Source of the DNA: a virus
Strand: one strand, 5' to 3'
Length of the DNA stretch: 64,000 bases
IMG/VR virus record: IMGVR_UViG_3300044529_000082
Location: 1-64,000 of that record
Notes under the pieces: model-generated
Databases searched by the model: none
The model's input: the letters and a program-made list of their open reading frames with translations, nothing else
What the model was told of the DNA's origin: nothing
Part shown: positions 7,654 through 17,753 of the stretch, in pieces
How the letters are laid out: the number at the start of each line of letters is the position of its first letter
Numbering within the stretch: the stretch's first letter is position 1
Translations under genes and position numbers: made by a program

Positions 7654-8216
7654 CCCTCAACAATAACATTTTTCCCAAGACGGGTTATGTGTTTATAGAC
7701 GCCGACAAGGTCCGGCATGTAGCGGACTCATGGCCCGGCGTCATTGCTCGGTTGCGCGCATATCGGAAACGGCGCGGCCAGCCGGAGGGCGACGTGGCGG
7801 CTGAGGTAGTGGCGCAGGCGTGCGCGCGGGAGCCGGTGTTGTGCCAGCGGGACGCGGGCACCCACGCAGCGGCCGTTCGGAAGACCACCCTAAAGACGCG
7901 CATTATTGCTTGGCTTCTGGCGGTCCGAGGCAACCAAGAAAAACGGATGGTGGACGAATCCTTGGCCCGGTCGAGGGCCAGCATATGCGCCACGTGCCCA
8001 AAGAACGTTCCGCTTCCAGGCGGTTGCGCTAGCTGCCGGAACACAGTGGAAAGTCTGCGGAAAGAGATTCTCGGCCCCGGCCGATTCATCGATGGCCGCC
8101 TCAATGAGTGTGACGTGCTGAGTGAAGATACTCCCGTCACTGTTCACATCGACATGATTGCCGTCGATAATGCCGAGCTGCCCGGGCATTGCTGGCGGCG
8201 GAGGACCTTAGCGTGA
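7650..8216 (+). CDS. Cys-rich hypothetical protein
   Basis: CxxC pairs (CATC, CASC); overlaps the TerL stop. Confidence 0.7.
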   Translation: MTLNNNIFPKTGYVFIDADKVRHVADSWPGVIARLRAYRKRRGQPEGDVAAEVVAQACAREPVLCQRDAGTHAAAVRKTTLKTRIIAWLLAVRGNQEKRMVDESLARSRASICATCPKNVPLPGGCASCRNTVESLRKEILGPGRFIDGRLNECDVLSEDTPVTVHIDMIAVDNAELPGHCWRRRTLA

Positions 8217-8464
8217 GATTCGTTCATTTCGCCAAGGCTTGGCTAAGATATCGGTGGTGGAAAATACGCGGGTATCGCGCCTTAGTTCCCGAGAAGATTT
8301 CTCGGGAGCGCTTTCTAGAGTGCCTGGAATGTAGCAGCTTTTTAGAGGGTGAATGCACCGCTTGTAATTGCCTTGTTCAAGCTAAAGTCATGCTGTCCAG
8401 CGAGGAATGCCCCCGGGGGTTCTGGATGTCGGTTAAGATTCTCAATGACAAGAAGCGCCCCTGA
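8213..8464 (+). CDS. Small Cys-rich (Zn-finger-like) protein
   Basis: CLEC...CTACNC...CPRGFW; GTG start coupled to the upstream stop. Confidence 0.65.
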   Translation: MRFVHFAKAWLRYRWWKIRGYRALVPEKISRERFLECLECSSFLEGECTACNCLVQAKVMLSSEECPRGFWMSVKILNDKKRP

Positions 8465-8465
8465 C

Positions 8466-8474
8466 GTAACTGTT
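8466..8474 (+). promoter_or_regulatory. GTAACTGTT motif upstream of the portal gene
   Basis: An ATG 7 nt downstream opens a short ORF overlapping the portal start. Confidence 0.65.
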
Positions 8475-8510
8475 AGATACAATGAATTTTTGTGCCCTTG
8501 AAGGATATCT

Positions 8511-10658
8511 ATGGCTGATGGAATGAGCGACCCCGGCGGTTTGATGGGTCCCGGGGGCATCACAAACCAGGATGCCGGGCAGAATTATACCGGCGCCATC
8601 ATCGCGTCCCCGAAGCTGGATTCGAAGTTCGAGCCCACGCAGCGAAGTGTGACCAGTGCCGCAATGGGACGAGACATTATTCGCACTGTAATCATGGCGA
8701 GCCGGAATCGGTCCATCGTCAATAGCCGCATCCTGGCGAAGATTAACGCGGAGCGGCCTTATGATGCGTATAAGCTCGAAGCGGAGGGTCTGGGCTGGCG
8801 CTCCAATTTCACAACCAAGCCCCTGCCCACAATGGCCGAGAAAGTGGCGCCGCGATTTTATTCCGTCATCGACAACCTGAAGTATTTCACAAGCGCATCT
8901 CTATCCGATAAGTGGCAGAACAATGTTGAAAAAACTGAAACGTTTCGGCGCGAAGTTACTGATACGATTCGAAATCGTAAAGGCTGGCGCATGTTTATCG
9001 AGTCACTGGCCTTTAATAACGCGATTTTTGGGTATTCCATAGCGGCGTGGCTGGACCAGTGGACTTGGTTCCCAAAGATGTTCGAGCAGGAGAACGCTTT
9101 CGCCGCAGACGGCACTAAGTCGGACCCAACATACGCGCAGATTCTCGTCTTAAAAGAGGAATTGTTGCCGCACGAGCTTTTCCTCCAGGTCAAGGAGGCC
9201 GGAGACTTGGCGGATGACGCTGGGTATTTCAAGGACGCGGTTCGCGAAGCCATAGACACCGCAAGCCCGATGCAGATTCGAGACCGGCTCAATGTCGGCG
9301 GGACTTTGGAAACGTGGTATCAGAACGCGTTGCGAGAGCTGACCATCGGCGCTAGCTACATGGCCGGTAACTCGGTCATCGTGGTTTACAACTTGTATGC
9401 GCGCGAGGTAACGGGCAAGGTAAGCCATTATCGTTTCGCAGGGCCGGGGCTGCACCTGATTCAGCAGGTGGAAGACCAGTTTCCGACGATGAATGACGCG
9501 ACTGCATTTTTCTCGTTCCAACGCGGAAACGGCACGCTTCACGGTTCGAAAGGCATAGGCCGGGACCTGTATGAAATGGCCGGGATGATTGACCGCATCC
9601 GAAACGAAGTGGTGGACCGGCTAATAATGTCCGGCAAGGTTTTGGTGCAGGGCGACATCAAGCGCATTCACACGTTTCGGATGAACGTGGTTGGCGCGTC
9701 GCTGGTAATTCCGACCGGCTGGCAGGTTCTTGAACAGAAGCTCGACGGCAATGTTGACCCGTTCATCAAGCTAGACGCCTACATGAACCAGCTCATTGAC
9801 CAGCTCGTGGGCTCAGTATCAGTCCCGCAAATGAGCGGCGCGGGCGAGGCTTTTCGTTCTCCCGCCGCGTGGAATCTTCTCGCCTCGCGGCAGCAGGAAG
9901 GGCAAGACGTCCGTATTGTCCGATTCATGGAGCAATTTGCGGCCATGATGCAAGGTTTTCAGCGGCGCCTGTGCGACAAAGAAACGATTGACGACGACGC
10001 GAAAGCGATGCAGGCGCGCCTTCTCAAGGTGATGACGCGCGAGGAGCTGGACGAGCTTGCTGCGTGTTCCACCGCAGGCACCGTAAATGATTTGACTCCG
10101 GTCGAGCGACAGATGATTGTCGCGCTCGCGCAGGAGAAAAAAGGCAACCCGCTTTACAACCAGAGGCAGCTCGAAATCGAAGACGTAACGGCGCGAATCA
10201 ATGCGGACTTCGCGCAGCGGGTGCTGCTGCCGGAGAATGACCCCACGGTTCAGGCCGAGCAGTCTCGCGAGCAGGACCTGGAAACCATGCTGCTCAGTTC
10301 CGGACACGCGGTCGCGGTTTCTCCGCGGGACAATCACCTTATTCACTTGCAGGAACTGATGCCGGATGCCGAGCAGCTCGCGTCCCAGATGATGCAAGGG
10401 CAGTTCCAATTACCAGTGCTCGAAGCGGTTCTTGCCCACGTGAACGAGCATTATCAGCAGGCCATCGCGCAGGGAACAAAGAAAGAAGTGCTCGCGGAAG
10501 TGGCCGACTTCGTCAAGAAGATTGGCCCGGCCCTTCAGAAGCTCACCGAAATTGAGCAGCAGAAACAGCAGCTCCAGCAGCAAGCATCCGCGATGCAGCA
10601 GCAGCAAGCACCACCCGACAACGTAGTTCAAATGCCGCAATCTCCACCCCAACAATAA
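8511..10658 (+). CDS. Portal (head-tail connector) protein
   Basis: 715 aa, helical, Q-rich C-terminal tail, GIG..L motif, position after TerL. Confidence 0.75.
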   Translation: MADGMSDPGGLMGPGGITNQDAGQNYTGAIIASPKLDSKFEPTQRSVTSAAMGRDIIRTVIMASRNRSIVNSRILAKINAERPYDAYKLEAEGLGWRSNFTTKPLPTMAEKVAPRFYSVIDNLKYFTSASLSDKWQNNVEKTETFRREVTDTIRNRKGWRMFIESLAFNNAIFGYSIAAWLDQWTWFPKMFEQENAFAADGTKSDPTYAQILVLKEELLPHELFLQVKEAGDLADDAGYFKDAVREAIDTASPMQIRDRLNVGGTLETWYQNALRELTIGASYMAGNSVIVVYNLYAREVTGKVSHYRFAGPGLHLIQQVEDQFPTMNDATAFFSFQRGNGTLHGSKGIGRDLYEMAGMIDRIRNEVVDRLIMSGKVLVQGDIKRIHTFRMNVVGASLVIPTGWQVLEQKLDGNVDPFIKLDAYMNQLIDQLVGSVSVPQMSGAGEAFRSPAAWNLLASRQQEGQDVRIVRFMEQFAAMMQGFQRRLCDKETIDDDAKAMQARLLKVMTREELDELAACSTAGTVNDLTPVERQMIVALAQEKKGNPLYNQRQLEIEDVTARINADFAQRVLLPENDPTVQAEQSREQDLETMLLSSGHAVAVSPRDNHLIHLQELMPDAEQLASQMMQGQFQLPVLEAVLAHVNEHYQQAIAQGTKKEVLAEVADFVKKIGPALQKLTEIEQQKQQLQQQASAMQQQQAPPDNVVQMPQSPPQQ

Positions 10659-10677
10659 ACAAAAAGGTTCCCCACCT

Positions 10678-10998
10678 ATGGAAATTTCCGCAGACCCCCT
10701 GGCCTGGACGACGCTCGATAGCGACTCGCTCGCCAAGTTTCTTGACACGGAAACCGGCAAGCGGCTGGTTCCCAAACTGGCAGACGCGTCCCCTACGCTT
10801 TTCGACCGAGGAGACACTAACGCGTTGCTGATTCGCACCGGCGAGGTCCGGGGCGTGCAGATTATCTTGCGTGAGATTTTGATGCTCGCGCATCCGCCCC
10901 CGCCGATGAAGCCAACAGACTCCAACTATCCGCCCCCGGAAGACGATTCCAAATGGGACGGCCCAAAAATCAACGACCCGTCGCCCGGATTGCTATGA
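10678..10998 (+). CDS. Hypothetical head-module protein
   Basis: ORF between the portal and scaffold-like genes. Confidence 0.65.
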   Translation: MEISADPLAWTTLDSDSLAKFLDTETGKRLVPKLADASPTLFDRGDTNALLIRTGEVRGVQIILREILMLAHPPPPMKPTDSNYPPPEDDSKWDGPKINDPSPGLL

Positions 10999-11051
10999 GA
11001 CTGATTACTCTCACGCAGGGAAAGTTTGCTAAAGTCGCAACCAAAAAATAA
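10995..11051 (+). pseudogene. HNH-AP2 endonuclease N-terminal stub (18 aa)
   Basis: MRLITLTQGKFAKV matches the typical N-terminus of HNH-AP2 endonucleases and the stub at 59277-59447. Confidence 0.5.
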
Positions 11052-11054
11052 ATT

Positions 11055-12413
11055 ATGCCAGAAATCGCAGGACAAGCACCGGCGCCCCTTCCTACCGCGG
11101 AAGAAGTGGCGGCACACAATGCGGCAATCAAAGCTAAAGTCGCGTCGCAGGATGCGGCGGGCGACCCAAAGCCCGACCCGATAGAGCAGAAGTCGGCCGG
11201 GGACGCACTAGACGCCCTGGCGCAGCAGCTCGAAAAGAAGAAGCCCGACGAGCAGGAACCTCCTGCCTCGGCTTCCGCTCCCGCTCCCGCTCCCGAGGCA
11301 GATGACGCGGCCGCCAAGGCCGCCGCGGCTAAGGCAGAGGAAGAGAAAGCCGCGCGCGAAGCTGAGTTGAAAAAAGCGGACGATTTTTTCAAAGATGCTC
11401 CCTCGCTGCCCCAGGGCGCCTCTGTAAAATCGCACGAGGCGTTTTCGTCAATCAAGGTCAAGGCCGCTCAGGAAATTAGCAAGCTTTCCGAGGAGCTGGA
11501 GAAGGCCCGGAAGGAATTGGAAACGCACAAACAATCGGCTGGCAAGGCTACGCCCGAGCAGGAGCAGCTCGCGAAGGAAAATGAGGAGCTGAAGAAATGG
11601 CGCGCCAAGCTGGACGTGGAATTCGACCCGAAGTTCAAGGAGTATGACACCGAGGCGGAGCAGAGCCGCGAGTTCATCTACGCGCAATTGCGGAAGTCTT
11701 CGGCAATCACTCCAGCCACGATTGAGAAAATTAAGCAGCTCGGCGGCCCGGACAAAATCCAGATGAAACCGGTGCTGGATGCCTTGAACGACACCACCAC
11801 GCAGCGGCTGGTTGAGGCGAAGCTGGCGGATATTGAAATGGCCAAGTATAAAAAGGAGCAGGCCGTCACGCAGTCCAAAACGAATATCGAGCAATACATG
11901 ACCGCGCGGCAGGAGGAGCTGACCAAGGCTTCGACGGCCGCCTTTGAAGAGACCCGAAAAGAGCTTGATGGGCTGTGGAAGGAGCTTCCGTGGACCAAGC
12001 CCCTGGCCCCTAAGCAGGGCGCTACTGAAGCAGAGAAGACTCAAATAGACAATCACAACAAGTTTGTCGAGAGCATGCGCAAGGAACTGGACACGGCTGC
12101 CCAGGATAACAGCCCGCGCATGAAGGCGACCATGTTGACCGCTGTGGCGCAGCTTTTCAATCTTCAGGAGAACCACAAAAATCTGAAGGAAGCGCACGCA
12201 AAGCTCGAAAAGGAAGTCACGGAGCTCCGAACCTTCAAGGACAAAATAAAGGGCGCCACTCGTTCGCGGCTGCCCGAATCCCAGGCCCCGGCCAGCGGCG
12301 CCGCCTCAGTTCAGAAGCCCGTGAACCAGTTCAATACGCCTGCCACCGAAGGGCTCGACGCCCTCGCGCGGCAGGTTATGGCGGAGAGGGCCGCTAAGGC
12401 AGGTCGTGCGTGA
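11055..12413 (+). CDS. Capsid scaffolding-like coiled-coil protein
   Basis: Highly charged coiled-coil sequence with an acidic/Pro-rich N-terminus; head-module position. Confidence 0.6.
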   Translation: MPEIAGQAPAPLPTAEEVAAHNAAIKAKVASQDAAGDPKPDPIEQKSAGDALDALAQQLEKKKPDEQEPPASASAPAPAPEADDAAAKAAAAKAEEEKAAREAELKKADDFFKDAPSLPQGASVKSHEAFSSIKVKAAQEISKLSEELEKARKELETHKQSAGKATPEQEQLAKENEELKKWRAKLDVEFDPKFKEYDTEAEQSREFIYAQLRKSSAITPATIEKIKQLGGPDKIQMKPVLDALNDTTTQRLVEAKLADIEMAKYKKEQAVTQSKTNIEQYMTARQEELTKASTAAFEETRKELDGLWKELPWTKPLAPKQGATEAEKTQIDNHNKFVESMRKELDTAAQDNSPRMKATMLTAVAQLFNLQENHKNLKEAHAKLEKEVTELRTFKDKIKGATRSRLPESQAPASGAASVQKPVNQFNTPATEGLDALARQVMAERAAKAGRA

Positions 12414-12820
12414 GCCCGGAAGAAAAAGAATCGTGGAGTCGCGTCGAAGCTTACTGGGAGCGCAATGTTTCTTGGGAGGAAACTTTGCGGGCGGTTCGAA
12501 TTCGTTGGCGGAATCCGCGCGAATGGAGACATACGGTCGCTAGGATTCGGCACTGGTGGATTTTTCGATTGGGGAATCCCGGCAAGTTTTTTAAGTCAAA
12601 CACGCACCCGCATTTCGGCAGCCCACAACCGGGCGATGAAGAGGCGGATATAATGCCCGGGTTCGGCATTCCCAGGGAAATTTATATAGCGTTCCCAACA
12701 GTAGTCCACATCGGCGACTCGCGGTTTCCTACTCTTTTGGAAGGAGACACGCTTGAAGGAATTGCGAAAATAGCGGACGAGCGAAAGGCCGCAAAGCTTC
12801 GGGACGGACGGTGCCCATGA
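12410..12820 (+). CDS. Hypothetical protein
   Basis: Translationally coupled on both sides. Confidence 0.55.
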   Translation: MSPEEKESWSRVEAYWERNVSWEETLRAVRIRWRNPREWRHTVARIRHWWIFRLGNPGKFFKSNTHPHFGSPQPGDEEADIMPGFGIPREIYIAFPTVVHIGDSRFPTLLEGDTLEGIAKIADERKAAKLRDGRCP

Positions 12821-13662
12821 GTGATATCGCAATTTCATCGCCGCCCGTTTCGGTCCTCTCGTTCGGAAAGCGAGTGCTGATTGGGATGCCCTGGCAGAAG
12901 GTCACCAATCCGCTAACCGCGTTCTGTGTTAGCCGACTGGTGGACACCCGCAGGTGCGCCCTGACGCTCAATCACGGGGACGCATTCGTGGCCCACACTC
13001 GAAATGCAATCGTGGACGTTTTCCTGCGGTCCGACCTTGAGTGGCTCTTGACAATCGATGACGACATGATTTTGCCTACGGGAAACGCAAAGGTCTTCCG
13101 CACCTACACCGGATGGAACGTGCCAGAGCCCTTCGCCTCGTTCCATGCGCTCGACCGGCTGATGTCTCACGGGAAAACCCTAGTCGGAGCGCTCTACTTC
13201 GGGCGGCAGGGGCTGAACAGCCCGCCCGTGTATAGCGAGGGAATGAGCGACAAGGATGAGGCGGCCTACGCGCGTAAAGGCTGGCGAGACCAAGTCAAGC
13301 TCACGCGCTGGGTCGGAACCGGCTGCATGCTCGCGCACCGAAGCGTTTTCGAGGCGATTGAAAAGCGGTTTCCCACCCTCGCGCGCACCGCGGAGCACGG
13401 CGGCAACTGGTTTTCGTCCACTGAGGCAAGCTTGCGAACGAGTGTCGAAAAGGTCAGTGATGATTTGCTGGCTAACCTCACTCCGGCGGGCGCACACAAG
13501 GCGGCGACCGATTTGATTTCTGCCCTCGCGCACGCGAAGGCGGACAACCCGGTCGGTTGCGGTGAGGACGTCGCATTCTGCTTGCGCGCCGCGGCCTGCG
13601 GGCACCCGGCGCACGTGGACATGGGCTTGCGTTGCGGCCACCTTGGAACTTTCTGCTTTTAA
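12817..13662 (+). CDS. Glycosyltransferase (GT-A fold, GT2-like)
   Basis: TRNAIV...WLLTIDDDM (DxD), VGTGCML, GEDVAFC...GH. Confidence 0.8.
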   Translation: MSDIAISSPPVSVLSFGKRVLIGMPWQKVTNPLTAFCVSRLVDTRRCALTLNHGDAFVAHTRNAIVDVFLRSDLEWLLTIDDDMILPTGNAKVFRTYTGWNVPEPFASFHALDRLMSHGKTLVGALYFGRQGLNSPPVYSEGMSDKDEAAYARKGWRDQVKLTRWVGTGCMLAHRSVFEAIEKRFPTLARTAEHGGNWFSSTEASLRTSVEKVSDDLLANLTPAGAHKAATDLISALAHAKADNPVGCGEDVAFCLRAAACGHPAHVDMGLRCGHLGTFCF

Positions 13663-14396
13663 TGCCTGGAAAATTGCTAATCGCTCTACAGTTTTGGGAC
13701 GGAGACCGAGCCCAGGCCCTCGAATTGTCCAGATTCTTGGCCGACTTGGAACCCAAGCATTGTGATTTAGCGGATTTGGTGCTGGTGCATAGGAAAGATT
13801 GCCGCGCGCCGAGCGAGGTAATCTCGCACGTGTCACGAAAGTTCAATACGCGCATTTATCACAGCCAAAAAAGCGAAGTCGGATGGCCGCAGGGCTGCAA
13901 TGCGCTCATGGAAGCGACCCTTGAATGGGCCTATTGCCTCATGGACGCGAACCGGCTCCCTCGATACAAGGCGATTTTCTTGTGTGAGGCGGACGGGGGA
14001 CCCGTTTCCCGGGACTGGATTGCCAAAATGTCGAACGCGTGGGACGAAGCGAGCCGCCGCAAGCCGGTCGTCATCGCCGGTCCGCTAGTTTACGGCCCCT
14101 CGGAGCACATAAACGGCAACTGTATGCTGACCGGCGACCTGAATTTCCTCCGCTGGATGGTCCGCGGCCCCCGGCAGCACACCGCGGGCGGATGGGACTA
14201 CGTTATGTGGCCGATTTTCAAGCAAAAAGGTGCTGCAAATATTCTCGGCATGCGAAGCTATTACGCCACGCCGCATTTTTCGCTCGAACAGTATCACCAG
14301 ATGCAAAATGAGGACTTGATTTGGTGCCATGGCGATAAATCGGGAGATTTAGTTAAATGGGGGAGACAGGAATTGCTGAATTATCCAAACCTATGA
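13662..14396 (+). CDS. Putative glycosyltransferase (GT-A-like)
   Basis: GWPQGCN, FLCEADG (ExD), HINGN, GGWD, terminal HGDK; lies within the sugar cluster. Confidence 0.55.
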   Translation: MPGKLLIALQFWDGDRAQALELSRFLADLEPKHCDLADLVLVHRKDCRAPSEVISHVSRKFNTRIYHSQKSEVGWPQGCNALMEATLEWAYCLMDANRLPRYKAIFLCEADGGPVSRDWIAKMSNAWDEASRRKPVVIAGPLVYGPSEHINGNCMLTGDLNFLRWMVRGPRQHTAGGWDYVMWPIFKQKGAANILGMRSYYATPHFSLEQYHQMQNEDLIWCHGDKSGDLVKWGRQELLNYPNL

Positions 14397-15316
14397 ACAA
14401 AAATAGCACAGTTTTTGTGACAGGGCATCGCGGACTCGTGGGGAGCGCCGTTTGCCGCGCGCTTACCGCCCAGGGCTTCACAAACATACTCACGGCGACG
14501 CGCCAGGAGGTAGATTTGAGCGACCCCGTTCGGACCGAGACATTTTTTCACACCCGGCGACCGGAATACGTGATTCACTGCGCGGCCAAAGTGGGCGGCA
14601 TCGTTTTTCACTCGAATAATCCGGTTTCGGCCATGTCCGAGAATCTTTTCATCAACGAAAATGTGATTCACTCCGCGGCTTGCACGAACGTAAAGAAGCT
14701 TTTGTTTCTGGGGTCCGCGTGCGCCTATCCCAGGCTAGCGGAAGTCCCAATCAAAGAGTCTTCACTGCTCTCCGGCTCGCTTGAGCCGAGCAACGAGGGG
14801 TATGCGCTGGCTAAAATTGTCGGCATCCGCCTGTGCCAGTATTATAAGCGCGAGCAGGGCAAGAATTTCATTTCGTGCATGCCCACGAATGTTTATGGGG
14901 TCGGTGATAATTACGATTTGAATAATTCTCACGTGCTGCCTGGAATGATGCGGCGCATGTATGCATGCAAGCTCGAAGGCGCGGCGGTAAAGCTGTGGGG
15001 AACCGGGACGCCCACGCGTGAATTTATTTTGTCGGACGATTTGGCACGCGCCTGTCTAGTGCTGATGGAAAAATATGATGGGGAGGAAACGGCGAACATC
15101 GGCACCGGCGACGAAATCGCGCTCTCTTTTCTGGCGAAGCAGATAGCACGAACAATTGGATTTGCGGGCGAAATCAAGTGGGACCACTCGAAGCCGGACG
15201 GAACGCCCCGGCGGTTTCTCGACTCCTCGAAAATTTTTCAGCTCGGATGGCGACCGCAGGTAACCTTAGAAGCGGGGATTAAACTGGCGTATGAGGACTT
15301 TTTACAGAGGATATAA
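14393..15316 (+). CDS. fcl: GDP-L-fucose synthase
   Basis: [60 protein letters not shown]. Confidence 0.95.
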   Translation: MNKNSTVFVTGHRGLVGSAVCRALTAQGFTNILTATRQEVDLSDPVRTETFFHTRRPEYVIHCAAKVGGIVFHSNNPVSAMSENLFINENVIHSAACTNVKKLLFLGSACAYPRLAEVPIKESSLLSGSLEPSNEGYALAKIVGIRLCQYYKREQGKNFISCMPTNVYGVGDNYDLNNSHVLPGMMRRMYACKLEGAAVKLWGTGTPTREFILSDDLARACLVLMEKYDGEETANIGTGDEIALSFLAKQIARTIGFAGEIKWDHSKPDGTPRRFLDSSKIFQLGWRPQVTLEAGIKLAYEDFLQRI

Positions 15317-15318
15317 AA

Positions 15319-16275
15319 ATGAGCAAACGAGCTTTTGTTACCGGGCTTACTGGCCAGGACGGGGCGTATTTAGCCAAACTTTTATTGGACAAGGATTACG
15401 AAGTTCATGGACTGATTCGCCGCTCCAGCGTGGACAATCTCTCACGGTTGGGTCCTCTGGCGTCCCAGTTGCAGCTACACTATGGAGACCTGGGCGACTC
15501 TGGCTCGCTGGTTCGGGCGCTACGGAAAGCGCAACCCGATGAGGTTTTCAATCTCGGGGCCATGTCACATGTCGGCGTATCGTTCGACAACCCCGAATAT
15601 ACGGTGGACGTGACTGGCGCCGGAGCTATCCGTCTGCTCGAAGCGGTTCGCGACACCTGCCCGAACGCGCGCTTTTATCAGGCCAGCTCCTCCGAAATGT
15701 TCGGCTCGACCCCGCCGCCTCAGAACGAGGAAACCCCGTTTCATCCGCGCAGCCCTTACGGATGCTCGAAGGTATTCGCCTATTGGGCCGCCGTGAACTA
15801 TCGAGAGTCCTACGGCATGTTCGTCAGCAATGGGATTCTGTTCAACCACGAGAGCCCCCGGCGCGGCGAGACTTTTGTTACGCGCAAAATTACGCGCGCG
15901 GTCGCCAATATCCACCTGGGCCGACAAAATAAGCTCCTGCTCGGGAATCTGCGCGCCCGGCGAGATTGGGGATTCGCGGGAGATTTCGTGAACGCAATGT
16001 GGCTGATGCTCCAGCACGACACACCGGACGATTTCGTGGTCGCGACGGGCGAAATGCACACGGTCGCTGAATTCTGCGAGGCGGCTTTTAGTGTCGTGGC
16101 CCTCGACTGGCGCGAACACGTTCAGTCTGATGCGGCGCTGTTTCGCCCGGCCGAAGTGGACGCGCTCCAGGGAGACAGCACGAAGGCCCGGCAGCTCCTG
16201 GGATGGCAGCCTAAAGTCAGCTTTTCTGAACTGGCCAAAATGATGGTCGAATCCGATATTGAATCGCTCGCATGA
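15319..16275 (+). CDS. gmd: GDP-mannose 4,6-dehydratase
   Basis: [59 protein letters not shown]. Confidence 0.97.
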   Translation: MSKRAFVTGLTGQDGAYLAKLLLDKDYEVHGLIRRSSVDNLSRLGPLASQLQLHYGDLGDSGSLVRALRKAQPDEVFNLGAMSHVGVSFDNPEYTVDVTGAGAIRLLEAVRDTCPNARFYQASSSEMFGSTPPPQNEETPFHPRSPYGCSKVFAYWAAVNYRESYGMFVSNGILFNHESPRRGETFVTRKITRAVANIHLGRQNKLLLGNLRARRDWGFAGDFVNAMWLMLQHDTPDDFVVATGEMHTVAEFCEAAFSVVALDWREHVQSDAALFRPAEVDALQGDSTKARQLLGWQPKVSFSELAKMMVESDIESLA

Positions 16276-16994
16276 ACCCAGATACAGCCGTTGTTGCGTT
16301 TGGATATTCCGGAGACGCGCACCAGATTTTCCTTCTGATGCCATATTATTTGCACCACAAGTGCCCGGTAGTTGTCATGTCTCCCAGCGATTCGCCAATC
16401 GCGCGAAAAGACACAGACCGCATTTTTTTCCGGCAAGCAGGCAAGCGAGCTTACACCGGGCAGGACTCGCTCGACCGGCAGGTCCTTCAGATGAAGCGGC
16501 TGCTAGAAGAATTCCCGCATAGATTTTTTCTCTTCAACGATTCGGATTCGGTCTGCTTGTCGCCCCACCTTCCGCAGTATCTCTACAACGCGCACGATAC
16601 GGTCTGGAGCAACGAGGTCTCAGACATGATGCACGTGCGAACGGACCCGGCGTATCCATGGCCCAGGCTCGCATTCCAGCCGCCCTACTTCGTCTCCCGG
16701 GAGACCGTCGGGGCGTGGATTAAAGCGGCCGATGAAGTCAAGGCCGACCCGCAGACCCCGTTCCTCGATTGGTTTTTTATGGCAGCCACAATCCGCGCAG
16801 GTCTGAAGCATTCCAGCTTTTTGAATGGCGAGGGCGTGAGTTGCCCGACACGCGGGTATGAGCCCGGATGCCAAGCCATGGAAAATGCGGTGAAGAACCA
16901 CCGAGCCATTTTCTTGCATTCCATCAAGGACAAGCAGGCGCTGCTCCGGATGGCGCATGCGCGGCTGGCTTGCAAGAAAAAGTTCAAGCTTTAG
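16272..16994 (+). CDS. Putative glycosyltransferase (GT-A-like)
   Basis: FFLFNDSDS (DxD) after a beta-strand, terminal FLHSIK; coupled to gmd. Confidence 0.5.
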   Translation: MNPDTAVVAFGYSGDAHQIFLLMPYYLHHKCPVVVMSPSDSPIARKDTDRIFFRQAGKRAYTGQDSLDRQVLQMKRLLEEFPHRFFLFNDSDSVCLSPHLPQYLYNAHDTVWSNEVSDMMHVRTDPAYPWPRLAFQPPYFVSRETVGAWIKAADEVKADPQTPFLDWFFMAATIRAGLKHSSFLNGEGVSCPTRGYEPGCQAMENAVKNHRAIFLHSIKDKQALLRMAHARLACKKKFKL

Positions 16995-17041
16995 CGCAAA
17001 AAGGCATTGCGTAAGCCGTCTTTTTGTGCAACTATTAGCGG

Positions 17042-17539
17042 ATGACAAAATGCTGCAATAAATGTGGTCTTGAAAAGCCGCTATTGGAATTTCGGATATG
17101 CGCTGTGCGCGGAACCGATTACGTGCGAGGAGGCTGTCGAGAATGTGAACGAAAAGCCCGGGCCGCACAATATGCGGCCAATCCTGAAAAGGCGGCAGCG
17201 GCGGCCAGAAAATGGTCAAGAGAGCATCCTGAGAAGCGAAACGCTACCAAGCGCAGGTGGCGCCAAAACAATCCAGATAAGCATAAAAATGCCGTGTTGA
17301 AACGCACTTATGGCATTTCGTTGGAACAGTATAACCAGATTCTGGCCGCTCAAGGGGAAGTGTGTGGCATCTGTATGTCTGCTACCGTTAGCAATTGCGG
17401 GAGGAGATTAAGCGTTGACCACAATCACGAAACGGGAAAAGTTCGAGGGCTTCTGTGTGGTCGATGTAACAGTATGCTGGGGTTTATAGACGAGCATCCG
17501 GGCACTTTGGAGCGAGCCGCGGCCTGGATTAAAAAGTAA
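17042..17539 (+). CDS. Endonuclease VII-family (HNH) homing endonuclease
   Basis: YGISLEQY...QGEVCGIC...LSVDHNHETGKVRGLLCGRCN. Confidence 0.9.
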   Translation: MTKCCNKCGLEKPLLEFRICAVRGTDYVRGGCRECERKARAAQYAANPEKAAAAARKWSREHPEKRNATKRRWRQNNPDKHKNAVLKRTYGISLEQYNQILAAQGEVCGICMSATVSNCGRRLSVDHNHETGKVRGLLCGRCNSMLGFIDEHPGTLERAAAWIKK

Positions 17540-17557
17540 TTTGAATTACAGCATTAG

Positions 17558-17592
17558 AAAAGCGCCACACTTTTTTGTGTGGCGCTTTTTTT
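17558..17592 (+). terminator. Rho-independent terminator
   Basis: AAAAGCGCCACAC...GTGTGGCGCTTTT followed by a T-tract. Confidence 0.85.
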
Positions 17593-17600
17593 ATGCGCAG

Positions 17601-17609
17601 GTAACTGTT
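17601..17609 (+). promoter_or_regulatory. GTAACTGTT motif upstream of the capsid leader
   Basis: Lies directly after the terminator and ~145 nt upstream of the capsid ATG. Confidence 0.7.
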
Positions 17610-17753
17610 TAGTGAGTCTAACACCCGCCGAGACTCAGTGGGAATCGGCCTTACTAAATCTGCTGGAGTGGCCAACGGTAGAAGCTGTGTTGCGCAGTGA
17701 AACTTGCAACAACTCTTGGAGAGAGTAACAATCTCCGATAGACAGTTTTTACT

